Assembly (NCBI GenBank): GCA_964534205.1
Contig: CAZHQF010000002.1
Span: 64,488-128,487 of the forward strand
Reading direction: 5' to 3'
DNA from: an uncultured Candidatus Peribacteria bacterium
Lineage (GTDB): Bacteria; Patescibacteriota; Gracilibacteria; Peribacterales; Peribacteraceae
Length of the DNA stretch: 64,000 bases
The first letter of the stretch is position 1; each line of letters opens with the position of its first letter. Below are positions 39,215 to 51,367 of the stretch, piece by piece. The notes under the pieces are model-generated. The model searched no databases. It saw only the letters and a program-made list of their open reading frames with translations, and was not told the origin of the DNA. A program made the translations under genes and the position numbers.

Positions 39215-40618
39215 TTAGCTCTTCAGCCGCTTCACGAGCTCATCAATCGTCACACGTTTTTGCTTGAGCGTATCGCGATCTCTAATCGTGACGGTGTCCT
39301 TTTCACCCTGCGCGGCCTCTTCACCGAGCGTGCCGAAGTCGACCGTGACGCACTTGGGCGTGCCGATCTCGTCCTGGCGGCGGTAGCGCTTGCCGATGGA
39401 GCCCGTGACATCAAAATCTAGGCGCAGGTTCGTTTCCGTGTTCAGTCTGCTGTAGATCTCCTGCGCTTTGGCGATGAGGTGTTCTTTTTTGCTGAGCGGC
39501 AGGATGGCCACCTGCACGGGGGCGATGCGCGGGTGGAAGTGCATCACGATGCGGGTGTCGTCTTCCAGCTTCTGCTCCTCGTACGCCTCGATCATGGTCA
39601 TCAGAGTCAGGCGCGAGAGACCGAACGTGGGTTCGATGACGTGCGGGATGAACTTCTGCGTGGCGTCATCGGGATCGGTGTACTGCAGATCCTCACCCGA
39701 TTTCTCCATGTGGTTCTTCAGATCGAAATCCGTGCGGTAGGCGAGACCGAAGAGCTCCTTCCAGCCGCCGAACGGCGTGTTGTACTCAATGTCCGCCGTG
39801 CGCCTGGAATAGTGCGAGAGCTCGTCTTTGCTGTGTTCGCGTACCCTGATGCGCGAGAGATCGAACCCCAGTTCGGCAACCCACTTTTTCTGTTCCTCCA
39901 GCCAATAATTGAACGTGGTTTCCCAGGTGTTCTCGCGGATGAAGTACTCGAATTCCATGAGATCGAACTCGAGCGTGCGGAAGGTGAAGTTCCCCGGCGT
40001 GATTTCGTTGCGGAACACTTTACCCACCGATGCGATGCCGAACGGCAGACGCTTGCGTGTGGTGCCGAGCACGCTCTTGAAATTGACGAACATCGCCTGG
40101 GCGATCTCTCCGCGCATGTACACCGTCGGGTTGCTCTCCTGTTCAATGGCACCGAGCTGCGTGCGGAAGAGCAGGTTGAAGCGGCGGGCCTCGGTGAGCT
40201 GGTGCGCATCGCCGCACGTGGGACAGGCGATCTTCTTCTCCCTGATGATCGCCGTGAGTTCGGCGGGGGACTTCCCTTCCACTTTGACGTCCGGATACGC
40301 GTTTTCAATCAGGTGATCCGCCCTGTGGCGGGCCTTGCACTTTTTGCAGTCGACCATCGCGTCGTTGAAGTTGGCGACATGGCCGGATGCCTCCCAGACT
40401 TTGGGGTTCATCATGATCGCGGCATCGATACCCACCATGTCCTGGCGTTTCTGGACAAAGCGTTCCCACCACCAGTCCCTCAGCGCGTTTTTGAGTTCGG
40501 TTCCGAGCGGACCGTAGTCCCAGCTATTAGAGAGTCCTCCGTAAATCTCCGAGCCCGGGAACACAAACCCGCGCCGTTTGGCGAGGGAGACGATCTGATC
40601 AAGAGAGGAAGCTGGCAT
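39215..40618 (-). CDS. glyQS: Glycine--tRNA ligase (single-chain, dimeric class II type)
   Basis: 467 aa. RRGFVFPGSEIYGGLSNSWDYGPLG, FRNEITPGNFTFRTLEFDLMEFEYF. Confidence 0.95.
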   Translation of the reverse strand: MPASSLDQIVSLAKRRGFVFPGSEIYGGLSNSWDYGPLGTELKNALRDWWWERFVQKRQDMVGIDAAIMMNPKVWEASGHVANFNDAMVDCKKCKARHRADHLIENAYPDVKVEGKSPAELTAIIREKKIACPTCGDAHQLTEARRFNLLFRTQLGAIEQESNPTVYMRGEIAQAMFVNFKSVLGTTRKRLPFGIASVGKVFRNEITPGNFTFRTLEFDLMEFEYFIRENTWETTFNYWLEEQKKWVAELGFDLSRIRVREHSKDELSHYSRRTADIEYNTPFGGWKELFGLAYRTDFDLKNHMEKSGEDLQYTDPDDATQKFIPHVIEPTFGLSRLTLMTMIEAYEEQKLEDDTRIVMHFHPRIAPVQVAILPLSKKEHLIAKAQEIYSRLNTETNLRLDFDVTGSIGKRYRRQDEIGTPKCVTVDFGTLGEEAAQGEKDTVTIRDRDTLKQKRVTIDELVKRLKS

Positions 40619-40675
40619 TGATAAGGGAGGGGTGGGTCGAAAGGTTGAAGATTCGGAGGGGCAGGATAGCAGAAT

Positions 40676-40747
40676 TACTTATTGCTAATTGCTAATTTCT
40701 AATTTTACGGGGAATTAGCAATTAGAAATCAGGAATCAGAAATTAGT
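40676..40747. repeat. CTAATT-word long imperfect hairpin (copy c)
   Basis: attacttattgctaattgctaatttctaatt ttacgggg aattagcaattagaaatcaggaatcagaaattag. Confidence 0.8.
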
Positions 40748-40802
40748 GTTTGGCTTTTCAGTAAGCCAAAAACATGCTATAATAAAGAAGACACAAACCC
40801 CT

Positions 40803-42155
40803 ATGTTCTCCGTCCCCCTGTCCCTCCCTCGGACGCTCGTGGTGCTCACTGCACTGGCGGCGGTGGTGTGCCTGGACCTGGTGGGCCGGTACCGCGGGAA
40901 GCCATCCAATTACGCATTCGGCGTGCTCCTGGGCTCCGTGATCGGCGTGGGTCTCATCATCGCGTTGCAGTCGCTTTTCGGTACCGCGTACCGCAGCAAC
41001 GGGTTTGTGATGGCGATGGGAGTCCTCTTTGTGATTCTCGTCTGGCGTCTGCTCTTCGGAAACTGGGATGCCAAAACCAAGGCCACGGTGCTTGGTACCA
41101 TGAACTTCTGGATCGCGTTCCACATGCTCCTCTCGGAAACGCCACAGGAGCGGTTCGCGCACTTCCTCGCGATTGCCTTCGCCATCATTCCAGCCGTGGT
41201 GTGGTGCATGCTTTTCCTGCCGTACCACCGCGAGCGTCTCTCGATCGTGCTCACGATGTTCTTTGCGGGCATGCTCTCCACGGTGCCGATCCTCTTCTAC
41301 GATGCGCTCGTGCGCCGGGGGATCCAGATGGACTTCTTCCTCTTCCGCATCGTCCCGCAAAATTTTTCCGGTGCCGCCCATGCCTTCGTGCGCGGGCAAT
41401 GGCCGGAGCTTACGCCGGTGGCCATGTCGCTCTTCGGGATGTTCGTGTCGTTCGCGGTCGTCGGCATCATCGAGGAGGCAAGCAAGCTGTGGGTAGTGAA
41501 GAAGGCCGGTACCCAGTTTGTCCGCAGCATCGATGACGTGGTGCAGCTCGGTATCCTTGCGGGTATCGGTTTTGCCTTTGCGGAAAACGTGACGAGCAGC
41601 GGCTACTTCCTCAGCTTCGTCCGTGAATATCTGCTCCATCCGTCCAGTCCCGACTGGGTGGGCTTTCTCGGGAACGTGGCAGGGCGCTCCATCCTCACAA
41701 GCATGGTGCACATCGTGTCCACGGGCGTAATGGCCTACTTCCTCGGGCTTGCCATCTTTGCCGATCCCGTGATGCGCCACAGCTACGCGCGCGGCTGGCG
41801 GTTCCCGTTCATCGAGGAACTGCATGATCTCTTCGGTGCCGAGCGCAAGGAGCTTTTCCGCCGCGAGATGCTCCTCCTCGGTTTCGTGCTCTCCTCCGGT
41901 CTGCATGCGCTCAGCAACATCCTGGTCTCACTGCCCGATGCACTGCCCGGCAACCCGCGCACCATCGGCGATATCGTGGGAGCTCCCGCAGGCTCTCCGT
42001 TGCACCTCATTGCGTTCCTTGTCTTCCCGACACTCCTCTATGTGGGAGGCGGATTCCTGCTGCTGACGACCTTGCTCGGCAGGCGCGGAAATCGCGCGGT
42101 ACACGGCAAAAGAATAGTCGCCGACACGTTTGTCACGCGCGAGGGCGAGGTATAA
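40803..42155 (+). CDS. PrsW-like intramembrane metalloprotease family protein
   Basis: Multi-TM. GIIEEASKLWVV (EExxK) and GLHALSN (His motif). Confidence 0.6.
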   Translation: MFSVPLSLPRTLVVLTALAAVVCLDLVGRYRGKPSNYAFGVLLGSVIGVGLIIALQSLFGTAYRSNGFVMAMGVLFVILVWRLLFGNWDAKTKATVLGTMNFWIAFHMLLSETPQERFAHFLAIAFAIIPAVVWCMLFLPYHRERLSIVLTMFFAGMLSTVPILFYDALVRRGIQMDFFLFRIVPQNFSGAAHAFVRGQWPELTPVAMSLFGMFVSFAVVGIIEEASKLWVVKKAGTQFVRSIDDVVQLGILAGIGFAFAENVTSSGYFLSFVREYLLHPSSPDWVGFLGNVAGRSILTSMVHIVSTGVMAYFLGLAIFADPVMRHSYARGWRFPFIEELHDLFGAERKELFRREMLLLGFVLSSGLHALSNILVSLPDALPGNPRTIGDIVGAPAGSPLHLIAFLVFPTLLYVGGGFLLLTTLLGRRGNRAVHGKRIVADTFVTREGEV

Positions 42156-42166
42156 AGTGACGGCCT

Positions 42167-43813
42167 ATGCATGCGCTGTTCGACCCCGTTTTTTCCTCAG
42201 TGCGTAGGGCGGTTTCCCGCACTGCGGCATTCGTCGTTGTCCTTTCCCTCGCTCTTCCGTCTCCGGCCTTCGGTGCGGATTTCACGCTGAAAGGTGCCGA
42301 TAACGTGCCTGTCACGCGCGGGGATTTTCTCCGTGCGGTGACCGACGCACTCGATATTCCGCTGCCGAAGCTCAACCGCACGTCTCTGCCGGCGGGAGTC
42401 ACGCGCACCATGGCACCGTACGTGTCGGTTGCCCGCACCAAGGGTGCGCTCGCGGTCTTCGGCGATGCGATTGAGCTCAATAAAACCATCACACGCATCG
42501 AGGCTGCCGTGGTGCTCACAAAGATGAGCGGGAAGGGGATTGATGCGAGGAGAACCGTCCAGACTTTCCGGGATGTCCGCGGTGATCTCCGGAAGGAAGC
42601 CGCCGCTGTTGTCGTTCAACAGGGCTGGATGCGAGGCAACAAGGGTCTCTTTGGTGCGGGTAAAGTGCTGCGCACCCGGGAGGCCAAGCTCATCCTCAAA
42701 GCTCTGGAGGTCACGCTGAATGCCGATCCGAATTCGGTGAGGATTGAGGTGCCTGTCATTGAATTCAAGCCGACGATTTCCGATGAGCGCAAGAAGCAGG
42801 AGCTCCTCAAAATCCTCTCTGAGAAGTATCTGTACGGAGACAAGCTGGGATCGCTTGCGACGAGTTCGGGCTCGCTCGAGAACGTGCTCGATCCTCTCAA
42901 GGACCCCTACACCACGTACTTCAACGAGGACGACACCGAGAATTTCTTCCAGACGCTCAAGGGCGACCTGGAGGGCATCGGTACCACGGTGGAACTCGTC
43001 GACGGCAAAATCCTGGTGATCGCGCCACTGAGAGGATCACCCGCTGAAAAAGCCGGAGTGCTTCCGAAAGATGAACTGCTTGCCGCCAACGGCGTGAGCT
43101 TCAACGGCAAATCCCTCAACGAGGCGGTCAACCTGATCCGCGGCCCGAGCGGGAGCACGGTGGTTCTGAGGATCCGCAGAGACGTGCAGGAGTTCGAGCT
43201 GACGATCGTGCGTCAAAAGCTGCATATCCCGGATATCGACGTGGTGTACCAGGACGGGATCGCCGTCGTGCACGTCAACCAGTTCGGTGAGGACGCGCTC
43301 TACCGCAGCCGCGAGTATATGGCTGCCGTTGCCGAGAAGAAGCCCAAGGCCATCATCCTCGATCTACGCAATAATCCCGGCGGCTACCTGGATGCCGCGG
43401 GGTCGCTTGTGAGCGCGCTTCTTCCCGCTGATTCTGTCTACGTGGTGATCCGGGAGAAGGCTTCCACCTACACGAACAAGACAAGGCACGCGCCGCTGAT
43501 CGATTCGTCCGTTCCGGTGATGGTACTCGTGAACAAGGGTACGGCCTCCGCCGCCGAAATTGTCGCCGGAGCTCTGCAGGATACCGGTCGGGCCACGATC
43601 ATCGGTCAGAAAACGTTCGGCAAGGGTACCGTGCAGGAGGTGATCGAGTTCACGGACAACACCAGTCTCAAGTACACGCTGGCCGAGTGGCTCACTCCCG
43701 ACCGTCACCCCATCGATAAAGTGGGCGTGCAACCGGACATCGTCACGGAGCTTTCCACAGATAGAAGCGTTGATGCGGAGATGCAGCGGGCGATGAAGGA
43801 GCTGGGGAGGTGA
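42167..43813 (+). CDS. S41 carboxy-terminal processing peptidase with a PDZ domain and an N-terminal SLH-like region
   Basis: LDLRNNPGGYL, LVNKGTASAAEIVAGALQD, FGKGTVQ. PDZ: GSPAEKAGVLPKDELLAANG. Signal peptide. Confidence 0.88.
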   Translation: MHALFDPVFSSVRRAVSRTAAFVVVLSLALPSPAFGADFTLKGADNVPVTRGDFLRAVTDALDIPLPKLNRTSLPAGVTRTMAPYVSVARTKGALAVFGDAIELNKTITRIEAAVVLTKMSGKGIDARRTVQTFRDVRGDLRKEAAAVVVQQGWMRGNKGLFGAGKVLRTREAKLILKALEVTLNADPNSVRIEVPVIEFKPTISDERKKQELLKILSEKYLYGDKLGSLATSSGSLENVLDPLKDPYTTYFNEDDTENFFQTLKGDLEGIGTTVELVDGKILVIAPLRGSPAEKAGVLPKDELLAANGVSFNGKSLNEAVNLIRGPSGSTVVLRIRRDVQEFELTIVRQKLHIPDIDVVYQDGIAVVHVNQFGEDALYRSREYMAAVAEKKPKAIILDLRNNPGGYLDAAGSLVSALLPADSVYVVIREKASTYTNKTRHAPLIDSSVPVMVLVNKGTASAAEIVAGALQDTGRATIIGQKTFGKGTVQEVIEFTDNTSLKYTLAEWLTPDRHPIDKVGVQPDIVTELSTDRSVDAEMQRAMKELGR

Positions 43814-43925
43814 GCGGGGCAGCAGGCAGCAGGTGTAAAGGTAGGGAACAGACGTTCCTTACCTTTTTGCGTAGCAAACCTCCCTCTTAGCCCCTTGTCT
43901 GCTTTTGCAGTGTCCCGTAGGATGA

Positions 43926-45323
<1,398 letters not shown>

Positions 45324-45324
45324 G

Positions 45325-45412
45325 TGTTCAGTATTCAGCGTTCAGTGGTCAGTTCTGAAGCTGAATCTCCCCCGATAGCTGACTGCTGATCCCTGACCAC
45401 TGATTACTGTCC
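45325..45412. repeat. CAGT-word stutter hairpin (copy a) filling the atpD-atpC spacer
   Basis: gttcagtattcagcgttcagtggtcag ... ctgaccactgattactg. 11-bp arms tcagtggtcag/ctgaccactga. Confidence 0.8.
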
Positions 45413-45413
45413 C

Positions 45414-45836
45414 ATGATCCATCTCGATATCACCACACCCGACGGGTCCGTGTACGCCGGCGATGCCGAGTCTGTCACGCTGCCGACGGCGGATGGCGAG
45501 ATCACGGTTCTCGGCGGCCACGTGCCGCTCATCACCGTGCTCGGTTCCGGGTCCATGGTGGTGCGTGCAGGGGGAGAGGAGACGCTCTACGCCGTCTCGC
45601 GCGGGGTCGTGGAAATCACCGGAACCAACATCAAAGTATTGGCCGATATCGCCGATAGGGCCGAAAAGCTGGAAGAAGCGACGATCGAGCAGGCACGCAA
45701 GCGCGCCGAAGAACTGCGCTCGCAGCGCCAGGGTGATGCCGAGGCCTTTGCCGATGCGACGGCACTCCTCGAACGCGAGCTGGCACGCCTCACGGCAGTG
45801 AGACGACTGAAGAGCAGGAGCAAGCGCGGAATTTAA
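45414..45836 (+). CDS. atpC: F1 ATP synthase subunit epsilon
   Basis: MIHLDITTPDGSVYAGDAESVTLPTADGEITVLGGHVPLITVL. Confidence 0.9.
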   Translation: MIHLDITTPDGSVYAGDAESVTLPTADGEITVLGGHVPLITVLGSGSMVVRAGGEETLYAVSRGVVEITGTNIKVLADIADRAEKLEEATIEQARKRAEELRSQRQGDAEAFADATALLERELARLTAVRRLKSRSKRGI

Positions 45837-45846
45837 TTTGCTGATC

Positions 45847-45885
45847 AGCGGGTCGGAGACCCGCTCTCAGGTTTATTTATCTATT
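45847..45885 (+). terminator. Terminator after atpC
   Basis: agcgggtc-gga-gacccgct followed by a T-rich tract. A mirrored copy gcgggtc-tcc-gacccgc lies at 45894..45910. Confidence 0.6.
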
Positions 45886-45931
45886 TTCGCGGGGCGGGTC
45901 TCCGACCCGCCGGCATCTGTATACTCTCCGT

Positions 45932-46207
45932 ATGTCCTCTCAGAACAACGACCGCGCCGCCCTCTTCTCCGCATACAGTCTCGTCAGCGAGCTTGGTTTT
46001 ATTATCGCCGGTCCGGTTGTTTTGCTCGGGGTCGGTGGTGCCTATCTCGATAAATATCTCGGCACCTCGCCGCTCTTCCTGCTGCTGGGCTTCCTGCTCT
46101 CGTTTGTCGTGTCCGCGATGGGGGTGTGGAACATCATCAAACGCCTCAATGCACAGCAGGAGGCACTTGATGCCGCTAAAAAAACGCAGACGGCCCAGAA
46201 GAACTGA
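45932..46207 (+). CDS. atpZ: AtpZ/AtpI-family small membrane protein (ATP synthase gene 1-like)
   Basis: GFIIAGPVVLLGVGGAYLDKYLGTSPLFLLLGFLLSFVVSAMGVWNIIKRL. Confidence 0.7.
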   Translation: MSSQNNDRAALFSAYSLVSELGFIIAGPVVLLGVGGAYLDKYLGTSPLFLLLGFLLSFVVSAMGVWNIIKRLNAQQEALDAAKKTQTAQKN

Positions 46208-46235
46208 ACCGCCTGCGTTGTCATTCACTAACAGA

Positions 46236-47348
46236 TTATTGGAGCCAGGGCTCGATGGTGACCCGGAGGTTCCAGAGGATTTCTGCCATGTCTCCGCGCG
46301 TGATCATCGTGCCTGCAGAGACACCGGCCGGCATTACCTGCTGTTCATTGAGCGCGTTGATGTACGGCACGTACCACTCAACGCCTGCCTGCGTTTTCAC
46401 ATCCAGGCCCATCGTCAGTGCAACAATCTTTGCTGCCTCAGCAGCATTGATCGTTGCGCTCGGGCGGAATGAGCCATCGGGATACCCGCGGATGATGTTT
46501 TCCTCTTTTGCGACGCACACGTACGCGGCGTACCACTCCTTGCGCGATACATCAGAGAAGAGAAGATCTCTATTGTTATTGAGACATTCATACGAGTAGT
46601 CACCGCTGTACATTGCTCCAACAAGCATCTTCACGAACTCTGCGCGGGTGATGAGCCTTTCGGGGCGGAACGTGCCATCCGGATAGCCCTGTACGATGCC
46701 GTGTGTCTTCACAAAGACGATAGCTTCAAAGATGGGATGACGCTCGGAGACATCGGTGAATGGCCGGTCAGCGGTCGCATCACCACCGTGCGTGAGGCAG
46801 GGCGGAGCGAAGTAATTGATCACGTGGCCGTCCTCAGTGCAGCTGGGATGTGTGGTTCCGTCCATGCACACGTACGGCTTGCACTCATCGGAAATAGTTG
46901 AAGATGACGAACTGGAGGACGACTGGGGAAGAGTCTTGAGATAGGCCAATGTTTCCGTGGCGTTCCTTATGCTTGCGGTCCCAGTACAGAGGCCAGTCCA
47001 GAGCTCATTATTGTAAGAGGATGACGTCGTGCCGTCCCGCGTATACGCAAAGACAACGTACTCACCGCCTTCGGAAAAGTTGAAGCCACAGGTGGCAGAA
47101 TCCTGATGGGAAAGAATCAGCACAGAGCTCCCCACATCTCCTTTCCACTCCTGATCGACATCGAATGTGTAGCCGATGATGCGGTTGCGGTCAGGCTCAC
47201 TGACTGCCGTGACCGTGCCTGAGAACACGACGTCTGCACGTTCATAGTGCTCAGCGGGTGTGGACATCATGCACGAACACGCATAAGCCGTGGTGGCGAC
47301 CAGAAACGCGCCGATGGCGGTACTGAGAGAAAGGAGAGGGTGTTTCAT
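46236..47348 (-). CDS. Secreted protein: TIMP-like (CSC N-terminus) OB/NTR domain + Ser linker + Cys-rich segment + three SLH repeats
   Basis: MKHPLLSLSTAIGAFLVATTAYA|CSCMMSTPAEHYERADVVFSGTV...CGFNFSEGGEYVVFA. SLH repeats: FTDVSERHPIF...GIVQGYPDGTFRP, FSDVSRKEWY...IIRGYPDGSFRP. Confidence 0.75.
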   Translation of the reverse strand: MKHPLLSLSTAIGAFLVATTAYACSCMMSTPAEHYERADVVFSGTVTAVSEPDRNRIIGYTFDVDQEWKGDVGSSVLILSHQDSATCGFNFSEGGEYVVFAYTRDGTTSSSYNNELWTGLCTGTASIRNATETLAYLKTLPQSSSSSSSSTISDECKPYVCMDGTTHPSCTEDGHVINYFAPPCLTHGGDATADRPFTDVSERHPIFEAIVFVKTHGIVQGYPDGTFRPERLITRAEFVKMLVGAMYSGDYSYECLNNNRDLLFSDVSRKEWYAAYVCVAKEENIIRGYPDGSFRPSATINAAEAAKIVALTMGLDVKTQAGVEWYVPYINALNEQQVMPAGVSAGTMITRGDMAEILWNLRVTIEPWLQ

Positions 47349-47451
47349 AGATACGGGGGAAGGTAGCACATGACCTACTACGGACAGATGGCCCGTGGGT
47401 AACACCATTGTCTGACGCATGGAGAATGCCCTTCTGACCGTTTTTCCACCC

Positions 47452-47480
47452 TTGCTTCCTTTTCACGCTGTCCTTAGAAT
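47452..47480 (+). promoter_or_regulatory. Sigma70-type promoter upstream of atpB
   Basis: TTGCTT, 17 nt, TAGAAT. The -10 ends 12 nt before the ATG. Confidence 0.55.
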
Positions 47481-47492
47481 CCCCGCACTCTT

Positions 47493-48260
47493 ATGGAGAT
47501 CCACGCACCCACCCTCGCGTCCGAGACCGTGGCCCACATCGGGCACTTCGGTATCCGCAACACACTCATCATGTCGTGGCTGGCGATGGCCGTACTGATT
47601 CTTGGCGCACTCTCGCTCCGAGGAACGGGGTACAGGCTGATCCCCGGACGTCTCCAGGCGATGGGCGAGCTGGTCGTGGAGGGTCTTTTCAATTTTTTCA
47701 ATTCGATCCTGGGCGACGAACGCCGTACCCGCAAGCTCTTCCCGCTCGTGGCGACGATGTTCCTGTTCATCATCATCGCCAACTGGATGGGTATCCTGCC
47801 GGGAGTCGGCAGCATCACCATTCTCGGTGAGCACGAGGGGCATGAGATGGCACTCCCGCTCTTCCGCTCCATGAACGCGGATATGAACGTCACGCTGGCC
47901 TTCTCCATTGTCTCCATCATCACGGTCCAGATCCTCGGCTTTGCCGCTCTCGGGTTCCGCGGTCACCTGGGCAAGTACTTTGTGGCTCCGTGGAAGAAGC
48001 CCTACGGCATCGGTACCTTTGTGGGCATCCTGGAATTCATCGGAGAGTTCACCCGCATCGTCTCCTTTTCCTTCCGTCTGTTCGGAAACATCTTTGCCGG
48101 AGAAGTGCTACTGATGGTCATCTCCGCCATTGTCCCGTACGTGGTCCCGGTCCCGTTCTACGGGCTCGAGATCTTCGTGGGCTTCATCCAGGCTCTCGTC
48201 TTCTCCATGCTGACCCTGGTCTTCATCTCCATGGCGGTCACGCCGCATGAGGCACATTAA
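47493..48260 (+). CDS. atpB: Fo ATP synthase subunit a
   Basis: 255 aa, polytopic. FSFRLFGNIFAGEVLL contains the conserved Arg. Confidence 0.93.
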   Translation: MEIHAPTLASETVAHIGHFGIRNTLIMSWLAMAVLILGALSLRGTGYRLIPGRLQAMGELVVEGLFNFFNSILGDERRTRKLFPLVATMFLFIIIANWMGILPGVGSITILGEHEGHEMALPLFRSMNADMNVTLAFSIVSIITVQILGFAALGFRGHLGKYFVAPWKKPYGIGTFVGILEFIGEFTRIVSFSFRLFGNIFAGEVLLMVISAIVPYVVPVPFYGLEIFVGFIQALVFSMLTLVFISMAVTPHEAH

Positions 48261-48483
48261 TTTCATGAAAGGAAAACCTAACGGTTTTCCTCTCATGGAC
48301 TCACCTTTCCCTTCAGTGGTATGCCTCCAGGCAGGCAGAGCCTGCCTTCGGCATGACTTTTCTGAATCGGCTCAGCACAGTTATTCTTACGGTCATCAGT
48401 TCAAAGCCTGAAATATGCCCATAATGTATATTTTATTTTACATTTTTGTGCTGTTTCGGCAAATGGAGTGGTCTCTTAGGCCC

Positions 48484-48813
<330 letters not shown>

Positions 48814-48885
48814 AGACAGTGGTCAGTCATCAGTCTTCAGTCATTCCACATCCGGAAACTGTCGGCTGAAAACTGAAACTTCTCC
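48814..48885. repeat. CAGT-word stutter spacer (copy b) after atpE
   Basis: agacagtggtcagtcatcagtcttcagtcatt ... aaactgtcggctgaaaactgaaac. Shares cagtggtcagt with copy a. Confidence 0.75.
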
Positions 48886-48931
48886 GGCCGGCAATCACTT
48901 TCTCCCGGTCAGACCTTCCTTCTTCCTCCCC

Positions 48932-49438
48932 ATGGAACTTATCGACAAACTCGGCATCGATCTGGGCATGTTTCTCGCACAGCTGGTGAACTTCACGATC
49001 CTCATCGTGGCGCTCTCCGTCTTTGTGTACCGCCCGATCCTGCGCCTCCTCGACGACCGTCGCGAGAGGATCCGCAAGTCCATGGAGGATGCCAAAGCCA
49101 TCGAGAACCAGAAGCGCGAGCTCGATGAATTCAAAATGGAGCAGATGCGCAAAATCGATCAGGAGACGGGTACCTTCCTCGAGAACGCCAAGAAGCAGGC
49201 AGAAACGCTCAAGAAGGACATCCTTGCCAACGCAGAGAAGGAAGCCGCAAACATTCTCCAGAAGGCCAAGGCCCAGCTGGATGAAGAGCGCGGCCGCATG
49301 GTGAGCGATCTGCAGGCCACGCTCGCATCCACGGTGGTGAAGCTGAGTCAGAAGGTGATTGAGCGCGAGTTCTCCAAGGCTGACCAGGATCGTCTGCTTT
49401 CTTCGGTTCAGAAGGATCTTCCCGCTCTCCTCAGATGA
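48932..49438 (+). CDS. atpF: Fo ATP synthase subunit b
   Basis: N-terminal TM helix followed by a long charged helix. Operon position. Confidence 0.88.
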   Translation: MELIDKLGIDLGMFLAQLVNFTILIVALSVFVYRPILRLLDDRRERIRKSMEDAKAIENQKRELDEFKMEQMRKIDQETGTFLENAKKQAETLKKDILANAEKEAANILQKAKAQLDEERGRMVSDLQATLASTVVKLSQKVIEREFSKADQDRLLSSVQKDLPALLR

Positions 49439-49788
49439 AGGCCGTCAACGCGTCCGATATCGTGCAGGCCGTTCTTGCCCTCTGCAAAGAGCACGGTGGT
49501 AAGCCGCTACTGCGCGAGGTTGCAGAAGGCCTTGAGCGTGAACTCGGGGGCAGCGGGACACTCCCGGTGCTGCTCATCACCCCGTCCGGTGATGCCGGGG
49601 AGCTGACCAAGAAGATCACTGACCTCCTCGAAAAGAAGTTCGACCGCCCGGTTGCACTCATGCAGAAGGCCGACCCCGCGATGATCGGCGGTGTGGTGGT
49701 GCAGTTTGGCGATGAGCGCGTCGATCTCTCCGTGCGCGGCGCACTCGAACAACTGGAGAAGAACCTCTCGATGACCGCCCTTTCCTGA
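49435..49788 (+). CDS. atpH: ATP synthase subunit delta (short, 117 aa)
   Basis: ATGA overlap with atpF. C-terminal IGGVVVQFGDERVDLSVRGALEQL is OSCP/delta-like. Confidence 0.75.
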   Translation: MKAVNASDIVQAVLALCKEHGGKPLLREVAEGLERELGGSGTLPVLLITPSGDAGELTKKITDLLEKKFDRPVALMQKADPAMIGGVVVQFGDERVDLSVRGALEQLEKNLSMTALS

Positions 49789-49806
49789 TTTCCCTCACTC
49801 CTCCCC

Positions 49807-51333
<1,527 letters not shown>

Positions 51334-51367
51334 GATTTCTAATTCCTAATTGCTAATTCCTAATTGG
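51334..51367. repeat. CTAATT-word stutter spacer (copy d) between atpA and atpG
   Basis: gatttctaattcctaattgctaattcctaattgg. Confidence 0.8.

Noticed and set aside
39479-40621. 380-aa plus-strand ORF opposite glyQS
   Set aside because: Antisense shadow.
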